From the NCBI GenBank assembly GCA_963823665.1, contig CAWGMQ010000005.1:1504001-1568000 (forward strand): 64,000 nucleotides of DNA, written 5' to 3'. Source of the stretch: an uncultured Planctomycetota bacterium (lineage in GTDB: Bacteria > Planctomycetota > Planctomycetia > Isosphaerales > Isosphaeraceae). Shown here in pieces: positions 12,612-20,765 of this stretch. Position 1 is the first letter of the stretch, and each line of letters starts with the position of its first letter. The notes beneath the pieces are model-generated. The model was not told where the DNA came from and ran no database searches. It was given only the letters and a program-made list of their open reading frames with translations. The position numbers and the translations under genes are program-made.

Positions 12612-12721
12612 CGCTTCCGGCTGCTGGCCCGGCTCTGCCGGACGGGATTGGTTACCCGCGGGGTTCCAATCGGAGGGTTCACATTTGAGATGATCCTGCT
12701 GTTCCGAGCTTCTTGGCGCAA
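12612..12721 (-). mobile_element. Group II intron 5' (domain I) remnant
   Basis: Minus strand reads TTGCGCCAAGAAGCTCGG...GGAACCCCGCGGGTAACCAATCCCGTCCGGCAGAGCCGG, resembling a group II intron 5' end. No RT ORF. A related piece lies at 28440-28491. Confidence 0.55.
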
Positions 12722-12824
12722 TGTCTGGGTTCCCATAGATAAAGCCCCAAGGTGCTACTCTCGCACTTCTTGGAATGGCAACATCTGCTCACAGAATTGA
12801 AGGCTTCCTTCAATACTAATCACG

Positions 12825-12904
12825 CCCCAGTTTCCGTCCCAGTTTCCGTCCCGTCCCAGTTTCCCTCCCGTCCCAGTTTCCGTCCCGTCCCAGTTTCCCT
12901 CCCC
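12825..12904. repeat. Low-complexity tandem repeat (GTCCC/CCCAGTTTCC units)
   Basis: CCCAGTTTCC occurs five times, interspersed with GTCCC. Confidence 0.85.
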
Positions 12905-13047
12905 ATGCGAATGGCAGTGTTGGCTCTCATACCGTCAGATTCTAACGGGTTACTAGATAGTTACTTATGGTGAGTTCATCCATTACCTACCGCTCGCGAT
13001 TCCCGTATAAACTGAAGGCCGTATGGCTGTACGATAGCTATTTTTTA

Positions 13048-13075
13048 TTGATTTTCTAGCCGACTCTTCTATAAT
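13048..13075 (+). promoter_or_regulatory. Sigma70-type promoter of the RHH-GNAT-XRE operon
   Basis: TTGATT-N16-TATAAT in an AT-rich stretch, then GGGGGAG RBS; TAGC motifs overlap it. Confidence 0.6.
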
Positions 13076-13092
13076 AGCGTCAAGGGGGAGCA

Positions 13093-13305
13093 GTGATGGC
13101 CGCAAAGCGTACAATGACGCTGAATCTGACAGATGGGGAAATGGCTGCACTCGAAGAGCTTTGTGAGAAGAAGGACCTCTCGAAAACTGCCGTGCTCAGG
13201 CAAGCGCTTAGGCTCTACCAGTTGGTTGATGCGCGCATGGAGCGAGGCGAGAAGCTCTTTTTTGAGGATGATGCCAAGGCAAAAGCAGAGGTCATGGTCC
13301 TGTGA
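13093..13305 (+). CDS. Ribbon-helix-helix (CopG-like) protein, putative antitoxin
   Basis: KRTMTLNL beta-strand plus LEELC..SKTAVLRQALRLY; 70 aa. Confidence 0.85.
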   Translation: MMAAKRTMTLNLTDGEMAALEELCEKKDLSKTAVLRQALRLYQLVDARMERGEKLFFEDDAKAKAEVMVL

Positions 13306-13931
13306 GTGGTGTCGTTATCCAGATTGAGCGGCGACCAACGGGAGAAGTTGACGCAACGCTTTTCGACAACATGGCAGCGGCGGATCTGCTTGTGGTTGAA
13401 AACGAATGGTCGGCCGAGCGGTCTCGGATTATGCAGGAGCTCTTGCAGTTCGCAGTACCTCGGTCGCAGTGGCCGCAGAGCTTGCACTGGGATTGGCGTC
13501 GAAAAGCGCCTGAGCTTAGGCTCCTTGAGTGTTCAGGCTTCGGCATCGCATGCGAGGAAAGCTGGCAAGGGGTCATGCTGACTAAGACAGCCTCGTATAC
13601 AGCGCGGCTGGCGCCGGATCGAGGCAAGCCGCTGGTGTATATCGATTTTCTTGAGGTCGCTCCATGGAACTGGGCGATCCCGGAGCTCGGCCGCATGGGT
13701 CGGTTCCGATCAGTTGGTTCCGTGCTGTTCTGGAGAGCAGTAAAGCAAAGCAAAGAGGAGGGATTTAGAGGACGCGTGGGGCTCCACGCTTTGCCACAAG
13801 CCGAGCAGTTCTATGTGAGAGCATGTGGGATGACGCCATTAGGGCATGATCCCAGCAAAGAGAATCTTTCTTATTTTGAACTGACGAGCGCGCAGGCAAG
13901 CGAGCTCCTTCAACGGGAACAAGAACAATGA
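13302..13931 (+). CDS. GNAT family acetyltransferase, putative toxin
   Basis: LVYIDFLEVAPWN, RSVGSVL acetyl-CoA loop, GLHALPQAEQFY; GTGA overlap with the RHH gene. Confidence 0.85.
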   Translation: MSGVVIQIERRPTGEVDATLFDNMAAADLLVVENEWSAERSRIMQELLQFAVPRSQWPQSLHWDWRRKAPELRLLECSGFGIACEESWQGVMLTKTASYTARLAPDRGKPLVYIDFLEVAPWNWAIPELGRMGRFRSVGSVLFWRAVKQSKEEGFRGRVGLHALPQAEQFYVRACGMTPLGHDPSKENLSYFELTSAQASELLQREQEQ

Positions 13932-14419
13932 CACACATGAAGAAAGAGCCAGGTCCACCGCGTGAATGGCTGAAGAGAGCAGGGGAAATCGAAGACCACT
14001 GTCGTTCTCTTTCCGTTGCTGGACTCGCATCTGATCTGGGGATGCTTCGAGCAGTAACCTCAGATGTTCAGCCGGTCTTCGGACGGTTAATTGAGTACGC
14101 AAGGCGAAGGCGAGGTTTATCCGTCGAGGAGCTGGCTGAGCAGGCAGACGTTGACCTTGCGGCAGTTGTTGAGATTGAGAGAAATGGCAGAGTGCTGCCG
14201 GAGACTAGAACTGTCTTCCAACTTGCGCAGGTGCTCGATTTGCCAGCCAGTAGGCTGATGGAAGTCGCAGGCCTTGCGTCACCGAAGCCAGAGATTAGTC
14301 ATGCCGCGCTTAGATTCGCGGCGCGTTCAGAACCGACTGCTCAGCTATCCCATGACGAGAGCAGAGCGTTGGAAGAGTTCGTGAAGGTGTTGGTTGAGAC
14401 CTCTGACGGAGCTTCATGA
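13928..14419 (+). CDS. XRE-family helix-turn-helix protein
   Basis: FGRLIEYARRRRGLSVEELAEQADVD..IERNG; ATGA overlap with the GNAT gene. Confidence 0.85.
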   Translation: MTHMKKEPGPPREWLKRAGEIEDHCRSLSVAGLASDLGMLRAVTSDVQPVFGRLIEYARRRRGLSVEELAEQADVDLAAVVEIERNGRVLPETRTVFQLAQVLDLPASRLMEVAGLASPKPEISHAALRFAARSEPTAQLSHDESRALEEFVKVLVETSDGAS

Positions 14420-14549
14420 GTTGCAAAACCACTTTTTTGCGCAACTGCCTTCGTGGAGCGAAGGCCGACGATGTTTTCGGCGGGCGCTTTAACTGGCTTG
14501 CTGGCGGCTGCGCGAGCTGGGGCGCTGGGCGGCTCGAAGCGTGCGCGAC

Positions 14550-14789
14550 TTGATGAGCTCATCGCCCTGTATCGACGGGGATTGGTGCAGAAGGCACACG
14601 CGTGGAAGCAAGCGTTGCGCGAGGCCTTCGTGCATCGGTGGACGATGCCGGGGCGGATGCTGATCATGCCGCGTGATCTTGCGGACGATCCCCATGCGCT
14701 GGTGGTGCGGGCGTTCTGGGTGCTCGTGGGCTGGCACCCACCAGATGACGTGTGCCGAAAAAGCTATTTTCGGGTCCTGGCACCTTTTC
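14550..14789 (+). repeat. Diverged ~240-bp repeat (gene remnant), copy 1
   Basis: Aligns by eye with 25274-25514 (ELIA.YRRGLVQKA..WTMPG.MLIMPR); both end in CCTGGCACCTTTTC. Confidence 0.85.
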
Positions 14790-15090
14790 CCTTTCGGCGA
14801 GAGCTGGGTGCCACGGAGTATTTGGAAAGTGCTAACATATGGTTTGGCGAGCCATGGAAAGTGCTGGAATCTGTTGCCAAGGTACGGGCCGACAGAGGAT
14901 GAGCTCGATTTGCGTGAGGCGCTTGCGGTGTCAGGCTCGGATCGATTCGCATACTCAGCTTTTTTCTTCGATTCGCAGCATTTTGCTTGCGTTTGGAGCT
15001 TTTTGGCCTTCAACTGGGTTGAGTTTCACGTCTGCCCGAATCTGGTTTTGCGTCCCCGCCGCTCGAAGATGCACGAGGGGAAGGTATCCG

Positions 15091-17109
15091 ATGGCCCGCC
15101 CGAAGAAACCGAGCAGTCCCAGGAAAGCACGGCCGCCGAAGCCGAACCTGGCGGATACGCCAGCTTCGCCGAAAGCCGCCGACGGACCCAACAAGAAGAA
15201 ACGTCCGCTTACACAGAAGAATGTCAGCATTCAGCATGCTGAGCGAATCAATCTCTACGCGGCAGCGCCTTACCTATTGTCCCGCACAGAAGAGGCGGTT
15301 GGCCTCAAGTTGGGGGTCGTCACTTATCTGAAAGACCCATCCGTCGCCAAAACTTATCGCAGTTTCGCTCTGGACGAAAACTATCTCGTTGATTGGGAAC
15401 CCGGTCTATCCGATGGTCCGACCAGTGCCCGCTTCGCGGTCGTCGATTTCAGCGCCGATACCGGCCAGCTTGCGCCGCCGGTCGAATGGGACATTGAACG
15501 TCAGGTGTATGGGTTTGAAGGCAAAGACCTTGATAAGGACACGGTCAAGACATTTCAGTTCCATCAGCTCATGGTTTGGGCGCTAGTGCAGCACGCACTC
15601 CAGTATTTCGAGGACGGCAACGGGCTGGGGCGCCGAATACCATGGGCGTTTGAAGGCAATCGTCTCATCGTCGTCCCGCACGCCGGGTATGGAGAAAATG
15701 CCTTTTACGATCGGGAGAGCAAGTCGCTCCAGTTTTATTATTTCGGATCCGGCGAGGACACCGTCTACACGTGCCTTTCGACCGACATCGTCTACCACGA
15801 ATTCGCGCATGCCGTGCTGGACGGAGTGCGGCCTTACTTTAACGCCAGCATTGTCGTGCAGACGGCTGCATTTCACGAGTTCATTGGCGACCTCACCGCG
15901 ATTCTGCTGGTTTTGCGCAACAAAAAGTTTCGCGATGCGCTCGCCGACCAAACTCACGGAAAAATGAAAGACGCGGAAGTGCTGGCGTCGCTGGCGAGGC
16001 AGTTCGGCGAGGCCGTCACCGGCAAGCCGTACCTGCGGAGCGCGTTGAACAAATACAAGATGTCAAAGATGGTGGGGGAAACCAGTGCTCATCTGGTTCC
16101 GCAGGTGCTGGTGGGCGCGATGTTCGACGTGCTCATGAAACTCGTGGAATTCTATCAGAAGGAACCGCCGGAACAACCTGCGAGCGGTGCTCGCACGTTG
16201 CAAAAGCAAAAGCGCAAGGCAACCCCCAAGGAGGCATTCTGGAGAGCCGTCGAGCGGACGCAGAGAATGGCCATCCAGCCGCTTGACTTGCTTCCCCCGG
16301 TGGACGTCACGTTCAAGGACTACGCACGCGCCGTGTGCCGAGCCGAGCAGCTCTCGAATCCGACCGATCCCGAAGGGCATCTCAAGATGCTGATCGAGGT
16401 ATTTCGCACGCGCCAGATATTCGACGCAAAAGATGTTCAGGAGCTTGAAGCTCCACAGTATCTTTACAGCCGCTTGAGACTGAAAGTGTATCTCGACATC
16501 GATGAAGTCTCGCGGTCTCGTGCGTCGGCGTATCGGTTCCTGGACAACAACCGCGAGGAGCTGTTGATCCCGGCGTTCCAGGATTTTTTCGTCGCCGATC
16601 TTTACGATGCGAACAAGCGGACGCGCGAGGGGGCACGGCTGCCTCGCCAGGTGGTGCTCGAGTACCTTTGGCGCGAGGACGTGCCGCTCGTTGGGCCTGA
16701 ATTTGGGGCGTACAACGGGCGATCGACCACGATGCTCTGCGGCGGCACGCTGGTCGTCGACGACAGTGGCAATGTGCTCGCGTGGGCCCGGAAGCCCGGC
16801 ACGCAGGATTTCGGCAAGCAGGCTGAGCACTCCGGCGAAATCGAGCAGAGGTGGAAGGAAGCTGTCAAGGAAGGGACCAATCGCAAACGCGAGTTTCTGG
16901 CCACTCTCAAAACACAGATCGCTGCCGGCCGTGTTGGGGTGGCCATCGGCGGCGAGAAGGGGTTTCTCGGAACGCGAATGCCGCCGCTCGAGGCGGACGA
17001 AAATGACGGTGTTGTGCAATTCCGATTGTCGCCCCACTTGAATCTAAACGGCGACACCGATCTACACGACGAAGCATCTGGAGGCCGGCGATGGGAAACA
17101 AGCTCTTGA
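15091..17109 (+). CDS. Cytoplasmic gluzincin (M4/M36-like) zinc metalloprotease
   Basis: ENAFYD, HEFAH (HExxH) and downstream EFIGD (ExxxD); no signal peptide; ATG at 15091 after GAGGGG. Confidence 0.8.
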   Translation: MARPKKPSSPRKARPPKPNLADTPASPKAADGPNKKKRPLTQKNVSIQHAERINLYAAAPYLLSRTEEAVGLKLGVVTYLKDPSVAKTYRSFALDENYLVDWEPGLSDGPTSARFAVVDFSADTGQLAPPVEWDIERQVYGFEGKDLDKDTVKTFQFHQLMVWALVQHALQYFEDGNGLGRRIPWAFEGNRLIVVPHAGYGENAFYDRESKSLQFYYFGSGEDTVYTCLSTDIVYHEFAHAVLDGVRPYFNASIVVQTAAFHEFIGDLTAILLVLRNKKFRDALADQTHGKMKDAEVLASLARQFGEAVTGKPYLRSALNKYKMSKMVGETSAHLVPQVLVGAMFDVLMKLVEFYQKEPPEQPASGARTLQKQKRKATPKEAFWRAVERTQRMAIQPLDLLPPVDVTFKDYARAVCRAEQLSNPTDPEGHLKMLIEVFRTRQIFDAKDVQELEAPQYLYSRLRLKVYLDIDEVSRSRASAYRFLDNNREELLIPAFQDFFVADLYDANKRTREGARLPRQVVLEYLWREDVPLVGPEFGAYNGRSTTMLCGGTLVVDDSGNVLAWARKPGTQDFGKQAEHSGEIEQRWKEAVKEGTNRKREFLATLKTQIAAGRVGVAIGGEKGFLGTRMPPLEADENDGVVQFRLSPHLNLNGDTDLHDEASGGRRWETSS

Positions 17110-18512
17110 TACGTGCCTACAACGTCGGTTGCGGCGATTGCTTTTATGTTCGCATTCCGAATAAAGGTGACGGCTTTCATATCCTGATCGACTGCGGCAA
17201 GAAAGGGGGCGCGGAGCCTTTGCTCAAGCAGGCGATCGATCACCTGCGGGACACGATGTTGCCCAAAGGAAAAGCCCCGGGAATGAAGCGGCTGGACCTG
17301 ATCGTGGCGACGCATCGTCACGAAGACCACATCAAAGGATTTGATCCGGGCTGGTTCAAGAAGATCGAAGTGAAGAATGTCTGGCTCAGTGCCGTGATGA
17401 ACCCCGATCATCCCCAGGCAGAAAGGGTGCGGAAGCTGCACGACTACGCCCGCACCCAGATGCGAGGGCTCATGGAGAGCGGACTGGCGCTGAGCCCCGA
17501 GGCCGAAATGCTGGCGTCGCTCTACAGTGTCAGCAACGACGTGGCTGACGATTTCCTGATGAAGACACTCAAGGACAAGTTTGGAACCGAACCCAAGTAT
17601 GTGCACGCGGGAATGACGCACAAAGACCTGGGCATGAAGCTCGATGGCGCGCTCATTCGCGTGCTGGCGCCCGAGGAAGACATCGACGGCTATTACCTGG
17701 GCAAGGTCGACGCGAGCTTGAAGGGGCTTCAAGAGGGTGCTGGAGTTTTCATGGATCACTCGCTGCCGGTGGCCGACTCTGTACCCGTGAACATCAGTGC
17801 CGCCGATTTTCGGCTGTTGCAGTCACGACTGCTCTCGAACGCGCTTGGGTTTGCCGAGAAGGACACAACCATCCAGAACAACATGAGTGTGGTGCTTTTG
17901 ATCGAATGGCAAAAGCGGCGACTGCTCTTCGTGGGCGATGCGGAGTGGGCTGGACCGTACAAGAAGGGGAAGCAGAACGGAAGCTGGAACGTGATGTGGG
18001 AGAATCGCAAAGAGCACCTGAACAAGCCGGTGGATTTTCTCAAGATCGGCCATCATGGCAGCTTCAACGCGACGCCGTGGGCGCCCGAAGTCGTGGTCGA
18101 GACGTCCGCAGCGGGCAAGAAGAAGCAGAAACCCGGGGCCGCTCGAGCGGCGGGAAGACCGGCGATCTGCGAGATTCTCGATGCACTGTTGCCGGTTCCC
18201 GCCAAGGGAAAGCCGGCGACCGCCTTGGCGATTGTGTCGACAGAACGCGAGTTTTACCCCACAATTCCTGATGGCGAGCTCCTGGTCGAGCTTGGCAAAC
18301 GAGTGAGCGGGACCAGAGACTACAGCGAACTTCTGCACGGTGTGAAGAAGAATCCGGAGAGCCTCTGGGTCACGACGAAAGCGAAGAAGCACCGGTTCTT
18401 CGAAAGCTACGAGAGGGATTTTCTGGACAAGCATCAACCGCCGCGCACGGACCTGGAATTCGCAGTCACCGGGCAGCCGTTTATCGAGGTTGAGATCGGG
18501 CCTAAGAGGTAA
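17091..18512 (+). CDS. MBL-fold metallo-hydrolase, ComEC/Rec2-like (putative nuclease)
   Basis: NVGCGD, LIDCG, THRHEDH (HxHxDH), NNMSVV, LFVGDAE and LKIGHHGS; overlaps the upstream protease gene. Confidence 0.88.
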   Translation: MGNKLLIRAYNVGCGDCFYVRIPNKGDGFHILIDCGKKGGAEPLLKQAIDHLRDTMLPKGKAPGMKRLDLIVATHRHEDHIKGFDPGWFKKIEVKNVWLSAVMNPDHPQAERVRKLHDYARTQMRGLMESGLALSPEAEMLASLYSVSNDVADDFLMKTLKDKFGTEPKYVHAGMTHKDLGMKLDGALIRVLAPEEDIDGYYLGKVDASLKGLQEGAGVFMDHSLPVADSVPVNISAADFRLLQSRLLSNALGFAEKDTTIQNNMSVVLLIEWQKRRLLFVGDAEWAGPYKKGKQNGSWNVMWENRKEHLNKPVDFLKIGHHGSFNATPWAPEVVVETSAAGKKKQKPGAARAAGRPAICEILDALLPVPAKGKPATALAIVSTEREFYPTIPDGELLVELGKRVSGTRDYSELLHGVKKNPESLWVTTKAKKHRFFESYERDFLDKHQPPRTDLEFAVTGQPFIEVEIGPKR

Positions 18513-18693
18513 GACGCGGGACATGAGCACACCGGATGTGCCACGGCCGAAATGCGACCATTGAGTCCACAAGGACTCATGAACAGCGCAACCGACTCGG
18601 CGAAAGTTGGCGAAGGTTGACGCGATGCGCCCGTCCAGCCTAGAGTGGTGGGGTGTGATAATGCAGGAATCGTCCATCTTCGAGGGTAGCGCC

Positions 18694-19728
18694 ATGACCG
18701 CGCCAAACGAGATGAACCGCCGGGCATTCATCAAGACCACCGCCGCCGCCACTGCCACGGCGGCTGTCGCGCCGTCGGCGCGGGCCCAGGACGCGCCGGC
18801 CGACGGCCTGATCCACCGCAACGAGCGGAGCGGCATGCCCTACCGCAAGCTCGGCCGGACGAACTTCATGTGCAGCCACCTCGTTTTCGGCGGCGGGGCG
18901 GCGCTCATGGGCGGGAAGGCCGTTCGGTTGCTCAACGCGGCGTTCGACGTGGGCGTGAACTTCTACGATCTGGGCTCCAACGCCTATTACAAGGGTAGCG
19001 AGCGCGCCTTTGCCCCCTTCCTCGCGGAGCACCGCGGCAAGATCTGGGTCACGTCCAAAGCGCCGTTGCGTCCCATTGACGGCTACGAACCGGGCAAGGC
19101 GTTGACCGCCCAACAAGGCAAGTTTCTGGCCGATCACTGGACGGGGCTGCTCAATGCGAGCCTCACCGATCTGGGTACCGACTATGTGGACGCGTACTAC
19201 CTCATGGGCGTCGGCGAGCCGGAGGTCGTGCAATGCGAGCAACTGCATGAGGCCTTCCTCAAGGCGAAACAGGCCGGGAAGGTGGGGCATTGGGGCGTGA
19301 GTACCCACAAGCGGGCGCAGCAAGTGCTCGAGGCCATGGTTGGAACGGGCTGGTACGACCTCGCCATGATCGCCATCACCCCCGCCGGGTGGTACGACTG
19401 GGATTCGAAGAGTCTCCTCAAGGGCACGCAAACGATGGTCGAGCTTCAACCCACACTGAAGCGCGCCCGGGACTCAGGCATCGGTCTCGTCGGTATGAAG
19501 GCGGCCCGCTACTTATCGTCCCGCGGTGGTAAGGAGTTGGCGAACGCCTTCGACGGGCACTACAACGACAAGCTCATGCAATCGGGGCTTTCGCCCTGGC
19601 AACGGTCCTACGCGTTTGTGATCGCCCACGGCGTCGACGTGGTCAATTCAGACATGCAGAACTTCGCCCATTTCAAAGAGAACCTCACAGCCGTTCAGCG
19701 CTCGGCGGAGCTCTTCGTCAGGGCTTGA
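18694..19728 (+). CDS. Aldo/keto reductase with Tat signal, copy 1
   Basis: MNRRAFIK Tat motif; YRKLGRT; SLTDLGTDYVDAYYL; AGKVGHWGVS. Confidence 0.85.
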   Translation: MTAPNEMNRRAFIKTTAAATATAAVAPSARAQDAPADGLIHRNERSGMPYRKLGRTNFMCSHLVFGGGAALMGGKAVRLLNAAFDVGVNFYDLGSNAYYKGSERAFAPFLAEHRGKIWVTSKAPLRPIDGYEPGKALTAQQGKFLADHWTGLLNASLTDLGTDYVDAYYLMGVGEPEVVQCEQLHEAFLKAKQAGKVGHWGVSTHKRAQQVLEAMVGTGWYDLAMIAITPAGWYDWDSKSLLKGTQTMVELQPTLKRARDSGIGLVGMKAARYLSSRGGKELANAFDGHYNDKLMQSGLSPWQRSYAFVIAHGVDVVNSDMQNFAHFKENLTAVQRSAELFVRA

Positions 19729-20695
19729 TCGACGCCGACCGTTTCGGGATCCTCAGTCCTTTGAGCAGGAACGTCATGGCCTTGACGGCCGCGTCGCGGC
19801 CCTTGACCGCCGTGACGCCGGCGATGACGTCGCCGACCTGGCAGGCGCCGTCGAAGTCGCCGCCGCCCACCTCGGCGAACATGACCGACGCCCCTTCGAT
19901 TTTGGCCGGTTCGGCCATGTCGCCAAATTCTTCGAGGTGGGCCTTGTACTTGGCCAGGACTTCTGCGGCGTTATCAGCCGATTTGCAGCGCGCGACGAAG
20001 CCGGTGAACCTGGCCTCGCCGTCGCGGTACTGGGCCATGAACGCGTTGGTCAGGAAGTCGAGCCCCAGGGCATCGACCATGAGGTATTGGACCGTATCGT
20101 CGATCCGATTCTTCGCCGGGAGCATCGCGAGACCCCATAGCTCCGCCGCTTCGCCTTTCAGACGAATAGCCAGTGTATCGGCCAAGGCCGTTACCGCTTT
20201 CTGGACCTCCTCGTCGGGTCCCGATGTCAGGATCGACGCATAGTATTGGCCCTTCCGGAAGAATAAATCCGCCTTGGTGCGGTGGCCGCCGTCGCCGGTT
20301 GCGATGGCCTTGCTGCCAGACGAGCGCTCGACCGAATAGACGCCGAAGGCGCCGAGGGGGGTGGTCATGTCGTAGAGGAAGACGTCGATGAATTTGGCTG
20401 GGTTGTCCGCTTTGGAGAAGGTGACGAAGGTCATGCCCGTCACGTCGTAGGATTGAAACAGTTCGGACCGGCCGTTGATCTTCTCGTACAAGTTGGCTTC
20501 GGTGTAGCGTTCAACCAGGCTCTTTTTCGTGAAGCCTCCGGGCGTGAGACCCTCGAGTGCCCGGGCGATGGTTTCCGTCTTCGCCTTCATTTCGGGCGTG
20601 ATCCGGGGGGCGGCGTCTTTGACGGAGCCGACGGAGTCTTGGGCGGCGACGAAGACGGGGAATACAAACGGGATCGCGGCCAGCAATCCTCCCAT
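19718..20695 (-). CDS. Exported protein, DUF6599-like, copy 1
   Basis: Signal peptide; NLYEKING..LF..Y; AFGVYSVER. Confidence 0.7.
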   Translation of the reverse strand: MGGLLAAIPFVFPVFVAAQDSVGSVKDAAPRITPEMKAKTETIARALEGLTPGGFTKKSLVERYTEANLYEKINGRSELFQSYDVTGMTFVTFSKADNPAKFIDVFLYDMTTPLGAFGVYSVERSSGSKAIATGDGGHRTKADLFFRKGQYYASILTSGPDEEVQKAVTALADTLAIRLKGEAAELWGLAMLPAKNRIDDTVQYLMVDALGLDFLTNAFMAQYRDGEARFTGFVARCKSADNAAEVLAKYKAHLEEFGDMAEPAKIEGASVMFAEVGGGDFDGACQVGDVIAGVTAVKGRDAAVKAMTFLLKGLRIPKRSASIKP

Positions 20696-20765
20696 GGGAT
20701 ACTCCTTTTTCGGGGCTGTTTTTACGGTATGGGATCGACGCCGCGAAAAGCAAGACCTTCGGAGT

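Noticed and set aside
16063..18836. Long antisense ORFs over the protease/MBL genes
   Set aside because: Typical shadow ORFs of GC-rich coding DNA with no motifs.
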